Source: Nitrosopumilaceae archaeon (lineage in GTDB: Archaea; Thermoproteota; Nitrososphaeria; Nitrososphaerales; Nitrosopumilaceae). Taken from it: DNA of 64,000 nucleotides. Below, piece after piece: positions 19,556 through 29,356 of this stretch. The notes beneath the pieces are model-generated. The model saw nothing but the letters and a program-made list of their open reading frames with translations, had not been told where the DNA came from and made no database searches. The stretch lies in the NCBI GenBank assembly GCA_965208905.1, contig OZ242365.1, positions 1,888,001 through 1,952,000 on the forward strand, given 5' to 3'. The position numbers were made by a program, and so were the translations under genes. The stretch's first letter is position 1. Each line of letters opens with the position of its first letter.

Positions 19556-20643
19556 CTAGGCAATATCCCGGTTGGCCACGCGCCTGGCGTTGGTCATCTT
19601 GCGGTTGGTCATGGTTTAGTTGGGATGGTTATATGGTTCGTTCCTGGTCAGCATGTACCACATGTCCTCTAGCATCTCCCGAGCCGCGGCGACCCGAGCC
19701 TTCTGCGGGCCTCTCCTGGCGGCCAGTCGCTCGTATCTACCCTTGCGGCATGGGTCATGCCGAACAGCCACGAACGCCGCCTCTACGGCCGCGTTCCTGA
19801 GCCAGCGGGATCCGGACTTTGGTGATGCCGCCGGTCCGGACTGTGTCTGCGCTGTTCCTGTGGGACGGCACCAGACCCGCGTAGGCGGTCAGCTGCTCAG
19901 GCCTGGCGAACCGGCCTATGTCCCCTATCTCCGCCAGGACGGTCACCGCGGTGACCGGTCCCACCCTGGGCATGGTCATCATAAGACGGGCCCGCGGGTC
20001 AAAGATGGCTATCCTGCAGATCTCCTTTTCCAGCAGGGATATGCGTCTCTCGGTAGCATCAAGGATATACAGGTGGGAGTCAAGCGCCATCCGGTCGTAG
20101 TTCCGGACGGGTGCGGCCCGCAGCCATTCCATACCCTTGGCCGTGTAGATATTCGGGGGCCTCTTGAGCGGATATTTGGTCAGGATAGCGTGCACATGGT
20201 TCTTGTGTTCGGTGGCGTCGTACCGCAAATCCAGGCGGGTGCGGGTAAGCTCGCGCAGGTCCATCTCTTTCCGGGTGGGAACGTAGGATGGTCTATACAG
20301 GTCCCCCCTGGCCAGGTCGGACAACCTCTCAGAGTCGACATTGTCATCCTTAAACTTTGCCTGGGTGATGATCTTGAGGTCGTACGGGTTGACCAGGACC
20401 GGCTTGATGTCTGTCTCCTCCAGCTCGTTGTGGAGTACCTTCCAATAGTTACCGGTAGACTCAAAGATGGCTATCGCCGGCGTGTACCCGCGGTGCAGCA
20501 TTCTTCTGGCGAACGCGTGTATTCCGTCCAGGTCGTTGCTGAACTCAAACTGGTCTAACACCCTTTTAGATCTTTTCTTGGTGGTGGCCACACATCTTCT
20601 CATGTGTACGTCAATTCCGATGTAATGCAATTCTTTTTTTCAT
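19556..20643 (-). pseudogene. IS110 recombinase/transposase, frameshifted
   Basis: HYIGIDVH, FESTG, KDDNVDS, AYAGLVPSHRNS; +1 indels in A-tracts at about 20634-20640 and 19818-19820; the frame resumes as GSRWLRNAAVEAA..KARVAAAR; probable premature TAA at 19616. Confidence 0.9.
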
Positions 20644-20666
20644 TTCACCTCCTTTTTAGTGGATAG

Positions 20667-20786
20667 TCGGACCTGACCATGGTAAACTTCCATCCGCCCT
20701 CGGAGGGGCTGAAGCTTTTCACGTACCTTGAGCCATTCTGGTAAGCGCCCTCGGAGGGGCCAGTTCCTGTCGACTCTCAGGTCCAA
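20667..20786 (-). ncRNA. Putative IS110 bridge RNA
   Basis: Outer stem GGACCUGA/UCAGGUCC encloses two internal loops, each capped by identical GCCCCUCCGAGGGC; the loop strands match the element junctions; TTATAT about 25 nt upstream. Confidence 0.7.
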
Positions 20787-21160
20787 CAGGAAGAGTACAT
20801 GTGTCGCCGATATAACAACGACACATAGCTTCTGGTAACTTGTTGTGAGATGGGCCACCGCAACGTGCGCATGCAGGCATGCAGCCTGCGCGGCATGTGG
20901 CGGTGCAATACGCCATGGACGTGCACCAGTACGTGGCGGCTGCGCGGCACCTCGATATGCCGCGAGCTGCGGCGGCGCATTGCCGAGGGCCCCTTGGCCA
21001 ATTCGCGCTGAGCCTAAACGCGTACCGACATCAGGATAGTGGAGAGTGGGGGACATGAAGTCTAGACCCAATCTTCTCAAGAACCAACCCGTACCGGTAT
21101 GTGGGACCCTGGCATTTCAAATGCCAACCTTTGGATGCTGTGTATTGCTCTTGAGCGAAA

Positions 21161-21586
21161 CTAGAACGTTTTCTTCTTCTTGAGAAATGCAGTTACTACT
21201 ACTTGGAATACTATCATCGATACGACATGGGAAACTATTGATGTCAAATACGGTTCTATGCCAATCTCGAGAAAATAGTAATGCGTAGACCACCTGATTA
21301 CGAAAAAGATTATCTCGCCAACCACAAGCGCGGAAATGACGTCAAACAATTCTTTCCTGACCAGTTTGGGCTCCATTCCCCTGTGGCGTACCCTGTTGTC
21401 AAGATAGAACAGGGACGAGAAAACCGCAAAAAACGCGAGATACCCTATGGCCACGGCGACTGTAGTGTTGATGTAATTGTCGTAGCCGGCCAAAAGTTGT
21501 GCAGCTACCGTGGACGATGCCTGTGAGGATAGCGAGCAAACAAGGAGGTTTCTGTTAATTTTCAGCAGGTGCTTGTTTAGAATCAC
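21161..21586 (-). CDS. Small four-TM membrane protein (GtrA-like)
   Basis: Hydrophobic pattern, YLDN and GEI..F..RW motifs. Confidence 0.65.
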   Translation of the reverse strand: MILNKHLLKINRNLLVCSLSSQASSTVAAQLLAGYDNYINTTVAVAIGYLAFFAVFSSLFYLDNRVRHRGMEPKLVRKELFDVISALVVGEIIFFVIRWSTHYYFLEIGIEPYLTSIVSHVVSMIVFQVVVTAFLKKKKTF

Positions 21587-21799
21587 ACGCTGGCTCGATC
21601 AGCTAATAATTTAAAGTATTGCACGCGTTTAGGCTCAACATAAACACCTTCTAGATTTTACTGGTTTGTTTGGTATGATCCATGTGGTTTGACATGCAAT
21701 ATGGCCAGCTCATACCTGTTATTGCTACAAAAATTGCCAGATCAATACCGCCTGCACCCTCTCCAACAAAAGGTTCTACTCAATGGGACTGCTAGGCAA

Positions 21800-22053
21800 C
21801 GGCACCCTCTACTGCACTTGTTTACGATGTCATCATACGTCATGCCATCGCCAGAGTCCTCAATTGTTATTGTTGCATCCTTCCCGCGATTTGAAGCAAA
21901 GTTTTCGAACGCAACAGTGACTTTGGACGCATCGGCGTCATACCCGTTCTTGACGAGCTCGAAAAGCGCTGCCGTGTCACTGGAGACTGATTCCCGTCCC
22001 AACAACTGGGCCAATTTTCCACTGAACCGAAACTTTAGGGACTGTTGGCTCAT
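21800..22053 (-). pseudogene. Truncated GHKL (MORC/HATPase_c) ATPase N-terminus
   Basis: LGRESVSSDTAALFELVKNGYDADA...IEDSGDGMT, then abrupt loss of similarity. Confidence 0.8.
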
Positions 22054-22159
22054 GACATCAAATGTATATTCACGGCTATATCTGTTATTTGTGTGCCAAA
22101 TCCGGACATGCACAAACAACCGCTTCTATTTCTGTTACATACATGCATGAGACTCAGAT

Positions 22160-23296
22160 CTACTCGCCCCTAGCCAGCAACTTTTTGATCTGTTCGGCAA
22201 TCACTTGGGCGAAAATTGGAGGCACGGCGTTGCCTATCTGCAAATATTGCTTCGTTCTGGGTCCCTCGAAAACGAAATCATCGTTGAACGACTGCAACCG
22301 TGCCGCTTCCCTAGGGGTAAGGGAACGGTTTTGTGACTTGTCGGGATGGATAAACATCAGGCCATCTTTGGAAAGGTGGGCCAGAACAGTGGAAGACGGC
22401 CTTTGCCAAGGCTGTTTCTTGTACTTATCCAAGAATATATCCCTCCGGTATGGGTTGTACCTGCTGGGTATGTCCTTTATAGTCTTTCCAGGTTTCAACA
22501 TTCTGAAAATTTTAAGATCTCTGTCATTGTGCATCCGTGCTACGTGGTTGTGTATTAGTCCGGATTTCGAGTGGAGCGACGTTGCATAGTCAGAACTCTT
22601 GGCAGTTGGAACGTACCCCATCATGTTTGATCCTTCCCCTGCATGAATTTTGGGCAGATCAGATATTGCCTCGCGCACGGTGACAAAAGGCTTTTTGTCG
22701 TCTGCCCCGCATGAGTGTGTCTCTTCTAGTTCCGGATTCTTTGATCTTATACGGTTTCCAATGGCCAGCGCGCGCCTCCTGTGCTGTGGAACGCCGAATC
22801 CTGCAACATCTTTTTTGTAAAATGACACACAATACTTGCCCCGTAGGATGGACTCCACATCACTTACGACTTGTCCGTCGCCGATGGAGAACATGCGTTC
22901 TACGTTTTCCATAACGAAGAATTTTGGGCGCACTTCCAAGACCAGACGCAGGAATTCCCTGTATAGTTGGTTTACCGGATGGCTCATGGTGCTTGGCCTT
23001 CCCAACGACCGCCACTTGGCAATCGCCACGGTGCTAAATGCTTGGCATGGCGGCCCCCCAGTCATTACGTCTATGACTCTGCGCCCCGAGTGTGCCCGGA
23101 TGTCTTTCCCACTGACTTTGGCGATATCAGCTGCCAATCCGTTTCCATCGTTATGCCGACTGTAAGTCGTAACTGCGTGTTCGTCTATGTCGATGCCAAG
23201 AACAGGCAAGAATCCAGCCCGTTTGAAGCCCTCGGAAAGCCCTCCGCAGCCACAAAATATGTCCACAACAACGGGTTGCTTCGTGCCGTCACTCAT
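22160..23296 (-). CDS. dcm: DNA (cytosine-5)-methyltransferase
   Basis: DIFCGCGG, GGPPCQAFS, MENV, Q.R.R, LTPREAARLQSF, QIGNAVPP; start set at MSDG (TTTAAA 25 nt upstream). Confidence 0.95.
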   Translation of the reverse strand: MSDGTKQPVVVDIFCGCGGLSEGFKRAGFLPVLGIDIDEHAVTTYSRHNDGNGLAADIAKVSGKDIRAHSGRRVIDVMTGGPPCQAFSTVAIAKWRSLGRPSTMSHPVNQLYREFLRLVLEVRPKFFVMENVERMFSIGDGQVVSDVESILRGKYCVSFYKKDVAGFGVPQHRRRALAIGNRIRSKNPELEETHSCGADDKKPFVTVREAISDLPKIHAGEGSNMMGYVPTAKSSDYATSLHSKSGLIHNHVARMHNDRDLKIFRMLKPGKTIKDIPSRYNPYRRDIFLDKYKKQPWQRPSSTVLAHLSKDGLMFIHPDKSQNRSLTPREAARLQSFNDDFVFEGPRTKQYLQIGNAVPPIFAQVIAEQIKKLLARGE

Positions 23297-23900
23297 ATCC
23301 AAAAACGTACGTGCCATGTATTTAAATTCGTATAATTGGGCAATGCCAATCTCAGTCAATACAAATGTAATTCCAGCCCTCCGGCAGGCCCGGCGGAGAC
23401 TTTGACTAATGGCCAAGTCAGTGAGAAGGTGAAGCGTCTCTGCAAATTCCACTCCCCACTTGAGGTCTGAGGCGTTTGTACTGCCCATCAGAAGATGCGC
23501 CTTGGACATTCGGGCTTGTCGATTATCTACGCGTCATAAAAGAGGCGCGGGTAAAGCCTAACATGCGACCGCTGAGGTTCTGCATCGCGTTTTTGCGCTG
23601 TCCTGTAGTCTGTATCCGGCCTCTATAGCGGAATGCAAAAGTTCCTGCACAATTGAAAATCGCCTAGGCACGCACACAGGTTAGGTTGGCAGGACTGTGT
23701 GCGCCTGATTTTGATAAAACATCATACGATTGTGGCCAGTCATATTATCCCTGAGGTGATTAAATGCCTCCTCCGCATACTTTATACTGATTGTTTGACC
23801 CACAGAATCTTTTGCTAGTATTGCCAGCTTTAACAACATCTCCAACCTCTGCTCTCTATCTTGGGGGAACACCTAAAACAACTACTTGAACGTTAACATT

Positions 23901-24293
23901 ATGGCGGATGTCTTTTCGGTACGGAAGAGGAGCTGGGTAATGTCAAGGATACGCGGAAGGGATACGCAGATCGAAATAATCGTCCGCGACCTGCTGCGTT
24001 CCCGCGGACTGGCATTCGAGGATCATCCGAAAATATATGGCCGGCCCGACTTTCTGGTGGGTACGAGAACCGCGGTGTTCTGTGACGGGGACTTCTGGCA
24101 TGGTTTCCGGTATGATGAGAGGAAGTCCAGTAGTGTGTTCTGGAGGGACAAGATCGAGGGGAACATGCGGAGGGACAGAAAGGTGTCTAGGAAACTGCGG
24201 CGCGATGGTTATTCCGTCATAAGACTGTGGGAACACGACATAAAAAAACGACCCGAGGTATGCCTGAACCGGATAATCCGGTTTATGAGATGA
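23901..24293 (+). CDS. vsr: Very-short-patch repair endonuclease
   Basis: MADVF...RS..MSRI...DT.IE, GRPDF, FCDGDFWHG, RLWEHD. Confidence 0.93.
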   Translation: MADVFSVRKRSWVMSRIRGRDTQIEIIVRDLLRSRGLAFEDHPKIYGRPDFLVGTRTAVFCDGDFWHGFRYDERKSSSVFWRDKIEGNMRRDRKVSRKLRRDGYSVIRLWEHDIKKRPEVCLNRIIRFMR

Positions 24294-24380
24294 GACCTAT
24301 GTGGACTACGGGATTGTCGGGAATCACAACAAGCGGCACGTACATCAAATTTTTATGGATCCAAACCCGCATGTCATTCG

Positions 24381-25469
24381 TTGACCGTCTCCAAAATCTA
24401 CTTCAAGGATCTCCTTGAACAACAGGAACAGTGGGATGACTACTCACAATATTGCAGCGAAGTATCTGGAATCATTTCGCGGGAGGTAAAAGAGAATGCA
24501 AGGAACGAGGAGCATCTGATCAATGATTTGAAAAACAGTCCTGAGTTTGAACGCCTTTCCGTCAGAAGCGTCGGACCAAAACTTGAGGAGGCCGAAAAAC
24601 TTCTTACTGACGGACAGGTTGTGGGTGTCGATGGAACAATGGCAAAATATAACTTCCTGTCTGGCGTTCGCTGTCAGATCGGAGTTGTTGCGGTAAACTA
24701 TCAGGGGGAGCAGATCAAACACAGCTTCTTTATCTCACAGGCTGGTCTCAGGGAGGAGGCCGATGCCGTACTTGAGAGGATACTACAGCGTACGGAGGAT
24801 GATGGGGGCCTATCCGACATGCACCTACGCGGACTGATGATGTACAGGGAGAGGGAGGCGGGAATGAATTCAAAGTTTGAGGGAAAATACATAATGTATC
24901 ACGGCCCGCTGATGCCATTCGAGCTCATGTCAGGTCTTGGCCGTTTGCGAGCCTTGGATACCACCTTGGATATGCTGAAGAGAATGGTTCGTTCAAAAAG
25001 GGTGATGAGCGTTATCTCCGCACCGTTGCACAGGGACTATACGTATTTTGGGCTGGCAATGGAGAACGGACAATACTTTACGTATCCGAAAAACGATCTC
25101 GCGACCCACCTCCTACACGCAACAGAGTTTGTAAAGCAGAGGGAGAAATGGAGAGACGAGGAGTTGAGAAAGGTTGAAGAGTTTATCGGTGATTATGCTG
25201 CCCAGATATCAATCGGGGTAATTCGAATAGGACAGCGGCCTTATGTCTTTCATGCGCATAAGGATATTTTTGATACGGCTGCAGGAATAATTGCGCGTGA
25301 CTCAATGTTCCAGAGGGAGAAGGGGTTTCCATTACTGATTGACTACGCGGACAATCTCTGCACCGAGTACTTTCCAAATTCCCAGTTTGCCAGGATGATG
25401 GGCTGGGAGCTGGCAAAGACAAATCTCTATCTGCGGGAATCGGGGGAAAGGAGAATGAGGGTGAAATAA
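24381..25469 (+). CDS. nurA: NurA-like nuclease
   Basis: GVDGT, E.E, HGPL, GFPLLIDYAD motifs; directly upstream of herA. Confidence 0.7.
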   Translation: MTVSKIYFKDLLEQQEQWDDYSQYCSEVSGIISREVKENARNEEHLINDLKNSPEFERLSVRSVGPKLEEAEKLLTDGQVVGVDGTMAKYNFLSGVRCQIGVVAVNYQGEQIKHSFFISQAGLREEADAVLERILQRTEDDGGLSDMHLRGLMMYREREAGMNSKFEGKYIMYHGPLMPFELMSGLGRLRALDTTLDMLKRMVRSKRVMSVISAPLHRDYTYFGLAMENGQYFTYPKNDLATHLLHATEFVKQREKWRDEELRKVEEFIGDYAAQISIGVIRIGQRPYVFHAHKDIFDTAAGIIARDSMFQREKGFPLLIDYADNLCTEYFPNSQFARMMGWELAKTNLYLRESGERRMRVK

Positions 25470-25470
25470 C

Positions 25471-27090
25471 ATGGTGCAGGACGATCCGATTGGTTTTGTT
25501 AACTTTGATTCCGGTTCTACCGACAGCAACGAGGTTGAGATAATGATTCCACATTCCGGCATGCATGGTATCAGACGCGGTCAATACGTCAGAATCGAAT
25601 CCTCGTTTGAGAATGAAACAAGAAACTTTCTAGCACGTGTTTCAAGGGGTCCGTTCTTTCATCCTGATGCGGTAAGCAGGGATTCCGCATTTGCACGCGC
25701 CTCCGTACTGCATGCAGGAAGCGTCAAATTCAAACCCGACTACCATGGCATATGTTCAGCCCAAATCATGGGGGAGTTAAACCGTGTCGAGATGAAAAAC
25801 CGTGGAACCTTTATCAGGCCCAGACCCCAGGCATCTGTTCATGCCCTGTCGGCACAGGATGTTGAGCGGCTCCTAGGGCTGTCGGGAGACATGTACTTGG
25901 GACTGCTTAATGTCGACCACAAAGTCCGAATACGCCTACCCAGTGACAAAAATGCCGCACTGCCTAGGAATGTCGGAATTTTTGGAACCGTCGGCTCCGG
26001 TAAGACCAACACAAGTCAGGTTCTGATTGAGGAGGCATCGTCAAGCAGTTGGGCAGTCATTGTTCTTGACGTGGAGGGCGAATATGTTGACATGGATCAG
26101 CCATCAAAACAACTACGACTCCCATTTGAAAAATTCGGGGTCGGGCCAAGAGGTGTACAGGCGCTGGATGTCTACCATCCGATAAATACCGAACCTGCAA
26201 GGCCGGACAAATCTCATGAGTTCGGTATCCGGTTTTCATCACTCGAACCACACCTTCTGGCAGAAATCATGGGTCTTAATGAAACACAGAACGAGGCATT
26301 TTATGACATATGGCATGGCATCAAACGGAGGGAAATGCATACGCCCGCAACAAATGCCGGTCTTGTGAGGGCCATTCAGGATGACGAACAGGCAGGGGCA
26401 GGTATAACCCTCTGCGACATGATTGACGAAATCAAGACTATGATTGAAGCGCATCAACCGGGCATGCCTGCAAAATCGACCCTCAGGGTTTTGAGTCGGA
26501 AGTTCAGAAAGATTCAGAGGTACGGAGTTTTCGACCAAGGTGAGGATATGGGAGATTATGGAAACCTGCTCATGCCAAACCAAGTAAGCGTTATTGATCT
26601 CAGCGGCTCGTACAACGACACGATCAACAATGTTGTCGTCATGGATGTACTGAGAAGTGTTTTCGATCTAAAACTGTATGATAAAAACCACAGCCTGCCA
26701 AACGTCCTAATAGTGATAGAGGAGGCGCATACACTGGTCAGCAAGGACAAGGCATCCGAGATGGCGGAAACCTTGGACATACTACGTGAAATTTCCAGGC
26801 GGGGCCGTAAAAGATGGCTGAGTCTGTGCTTTATCAGCCAGCAGCCGTCACACCTGCCCCCGGAAATATACGATCTCTGCAATACGAAAATCGTACACCA
26901 GACATCGGGAGGAAACAACCTTGATGCCATCAGAAATTCTGCAGGCGGGGCGGATTCAGGTGTCTGGAACGACGTACCTGTGCTGGCACAGGGAACCTGC
27001 GTGTTCATCAGCTCATACTTTAAGAACAGGCCGATGTTTGTCGATGTCAGGCCCTGTTCCAGTGCCAGAAGACACGTGGAGGAGGAATAG
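25471..27090 (+). CDS. herA: HerA/FtsK-family ATPase
   Basis: N-terminal HAS-like barrel, GTVGSGKT, DVEGEY, IEEAH, RRGRK, SQQP. Confidence 0.9.
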   Translation: MVQDDPIGFVNFDSGSTDSNEVEIMIPHSGMHGIRRGQYVRIESSFENETRNFLARVSRGPFFHPDAVSRDSAFARASVLHAGSVKFKPDYHGICSAQIMGELNRVEMKNRGTFIRPRPQASVHALSAQDVERLLGLSGDMYLGLLNVDHKVRIRLPSDKNAALPRNVGIFGTVGSGKTNTSQVLIEEASSSSWAVIVLDVEGEYVDMDQPSKQLRLPFEKFGVGPRGVQALDVYHPINTEPARPDKSHEFGIRFSSLEPHLLAEIMGLNETQNEAFYDIWHGIKRREMHTPATNAGLVRAIQDDEQAGAGITLCDMIDEIKTMIEAHQPGMPAKSTLRVLSRKFRKIQRYGVFDQGEDMGDYGNLLMPNQVSVIDLSGSYNDTINNVVVMDVLRSVFDLKLYDKNHSLPNVLIVIEEAHTLVSKDKASEMAETLDILREISRRGRKRWLSLCFISQQPSHLPPEIYDLCNTKIVHQTSGGNNLDAIRNSAGGADSGVWNDVPVLAQGTCVFISSYFKNRPMFVDVRPCSSARRHVEEE

Positions 27091-27093
27091 TTC

Positions 27094-29265
27094 GTGGAGG
27101 GCGATGAGGATCTTCTGGTATTGAGACCGGTAGCCAGAATGGCCCAGATTCTGGGCCAGCACCTGATTAGAGACAACATAGTCGGAGTTCTGGAGCTTGT
27201 AAAAAACGGGTACGATGCAGATGCCGAAAACGTGGTTGTAGATCTGAGACATCTGAAGGATCCGGCAAGGACGGAGATCATGGTATTGGATAACGGGACC
27301 GGGATGGACGAGGACACAATAAGAGGCCCGTGGTCGGAGCCGGCGCATGGTGGGAAACAAAACGACAAGAACATACAGAAGAGATCAGGGAAGGGGAGAC
27401 TTCCGCTTGGTGAAAAGGGTGTGGGGAGGTTTGCAACACAGAAGCTTGGAAGAATACTAGAAATGGTGACTAGGCCCAAGGGGAGCAGGTTTGAGTTTCT
27501 GGTAACAATCGACTGGGACGACTTTGACAATAGTGATGCGTACCTTGATCAGATCAGGTTTCCGCTTGAAAGAAGAATTCCGGAAGTCTTTGCCGGAGAC
27601 GCACACGGCACGCGGCTCCTTATGAGGAACTCGCCAACACCGTGGAAACCATCAAACGTAAAGGCTTTACAGGCAGGCATGATGCGGCTGCTTTCACCGT
27701 CAAGAGAGAACAGGGACTTTGCGGTGACGCTGCGCTGTGCCGAATATCCGGAGATGGAGGATCTTGAGAGAGGAATTGTATTGGAAAAGTTTCAGTTCAA
27801 GATTGAATGCCAGATCCGCGAGAACGGAGTTACGTCTTACACCTATGTCCACAGGAATCCTGACGGAACGACCGAAACAATCAAGGAACCGAAGATGAAT
27901 GTCTGGGCCAGTGTCAACAAAAACTGGCAGACGCGGGATCCGGTATGCGGACCGTTAAGGATTATACTGTATGCATGGCTGAGACCCATCGCCAACCTGA
28001 ATGAGTACGGACTCACAAGAGAGCAGCTTGACGAATTATCCGGAGTTAGCATCTACAGGGATGGTTTTAGAATAATTCCGTATGGGGACAAGGGGGATGA
28101 CTGGCTGCGGCTTGACATAAGAAGGACGAACCAGCCCGGTACAAAGTATGGAAACAATCAGATTATTGGTCAGATAGAGATAACGCAGGACAGAAACAAG
28201 GATCTTATTGACAAGACAAGCAGGGAGGGCCTCTGGGAAAACGATGCATATTCCGACATGAGGGATATCGTACTTGGCGTCCTCGGATGCCTTGAAACGG
28301 CAAGTATGGAGGAGCGCGGCAGGGCCAAAAAACAGACCAAGTTGGTAAAGACACTAAAGGCGAAAATAACCGAGCTGGAGAGGCAGGTCAGTGAAATCAA
28401 AAACAGACCCAAAACCCCTGACGTGGAAACCAAGGTAGCAGAAGATGAAGCGGCGACTTCAGAACCTCCGACAGTCAGTGTACCCATTGACAGGCTTGCA
28501 GGCATTGAACAAAGCGCAAGGGAAATAAATCTGTCATCCGACGAAGTTATTAGGGAATCTTCCGAGGTAGCAGAAGAAAAAAGGGAGGAGTTCCTGCATC
28601 TGATGGGGATGGGATTGTCTGCAGAAAGGTTTACCCATGAGTTTGACAGACTGGTCGCTGGAATGTCCCACAACTTTGCCAGAATAGAGGAGAAACACCC
28701 ACATTATGGATGGACCAAGGCTTTAAGGCGTAGTCTGGATCAGCTAATAAACGAGGTCAGTCTCATTTCAACTGCAAGATATGTTCGAAGGCCTCCGAAG
28801 GAACAGGTAGTAGATATCAGGAATGTTTTAAAAATGGCCCTGAACGCCCATCAGTCAATCATAGAGGAATACAAAATACGGGTTGAAATGCCCCAGGGAG
28901 GGGACTTTGAGATTAACATCTCGCTTGCATCCATCTCACAGGTCCTAGACAACGTGATATCCAATGCATTCTACTGGCTTAATCTGAAGAGTGAGATAAA
29001 TGATAGAAGAATTCACATAGCAATAAACGGGCAGGACAGGAGCATCATCATATCGGACAACGCCAGACCCATACCACGTCATATCAAAAACACCCTTTTT
29101 AACAACCCGTTTGTTACAACAAAACCAGACGGAAGGGGTCTGGGTCTTTACATCAGCAATGAGATTCTTAAGAAAAATAACGGAGAGATTGATTTTCTGC
29201 CCGACTCCGATCCGCGTAACATGTATGGACTGGCATCATTTATTATCAGTTTCCATCAGAAATAG
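27094..29265 (+). CDS. MORC-like GHKL ATPase fused to a C-terminal histidine kinase module
   Basis: ELVKNGYDADA, DNGTGM, GEKGVGRF, YRDGFRI.PYG...DWL.LD; coiled coil; FTHEF (H-box), DNVISNA (N-box), TTKPDGRGLGL. Confidence 0.88.
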   Translation: MEGDEDLLVLRPVARMAQILGQHLIRDNIVGVLELVKNGYDADAENVVVDLRHLKDPARTEIMVLDNGTGMDEDTIRGPWSEPAHGGKQNDKNIQKRSGKGRLPLGEKGVGRFATQKLGRILEMVTRPKGSRFEFLVTIDWDDFDNSDAYLDQIRFPLERRIPEVFAGDAHGTRLLMRNSPTPWKPSNVKALQAGMMRLLSPSRENRDFAVTLRCAEYPEMEDLERGIVLEKFQFKIECQIRENGVTSYTYVHRNPDGTTETIKEPKMNVWASVNKNWQTRDPVCGPLRIILYAWLRPIANLNEYGLTREQLDELSGVSIYRDGFRIIPYGDKGDDWLRLDIRRTNQPGTKYGNNQIIGQIEITQDRNKDLIDKTSREGLWENDAYSDMRDIVLGVLGCLETASMEERGRAKKQTKLVKTLKAKITELERQVSEIKNRPKTPDVETKVAEDEAATSEPPTVSVPIDRLAGIEQSAREINLSSDEVIRESSEVAEEKREEFLHLMGMGLSAERFTHEFDRLVAGMSHNFARIEEKHPHYGWTKALRRSLDQLINEVSLISTARYVRRPPKEQVVDIRNVLKMALNAHQSIIEEYKIRVEMPQGGDFEINISLASISQVLDNVISNAFYWLNLKSEINDRRIHIAINGQDRSIIISDNARPIPRHIKNTLFNNPFVTTKPDGRGLGLYISNEILKKNNGEIDFLPDSDPRNMYGLASFIISFHQK

Positions 29266-29356
29266 AATCCAACGTATTCGGCAGTCATGTCTGATTAATA
29301 TCCGCATTATAAAAAACCGGGTCGGGCGACGGGGGCAGTAGTCTTATGCCACGGGC

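Larger units (their letters stand above)
19165..20832 (-). mobile_element. IS110-family element with duplicated CTTC core
   Basis: Junctions ACGGAA-CTTC-CATGTG (19165-19168) and ACATAG-CTTC-TGGTAA (20829-20832); short subterminal IR ATGTGT/ACACAT; transposase and structured RNA inside. Confidence 0.7.

Noticed and set aside
19620-21080. ORFs 19620-20558 (+) and 20640-21080 (-)
   Set aside because: Antisense shadow of IS110 and a GC-rich frame crossing the RNA and element boundary; no protein motifs
23297-23509. 71-aa N-terminal extension of Dcm and 31-aa extension of UvrD (32405-32497)
   Set aside because: Upstream start-codon artefacts; TATA spacing and the IS630 end indicate shorter starts
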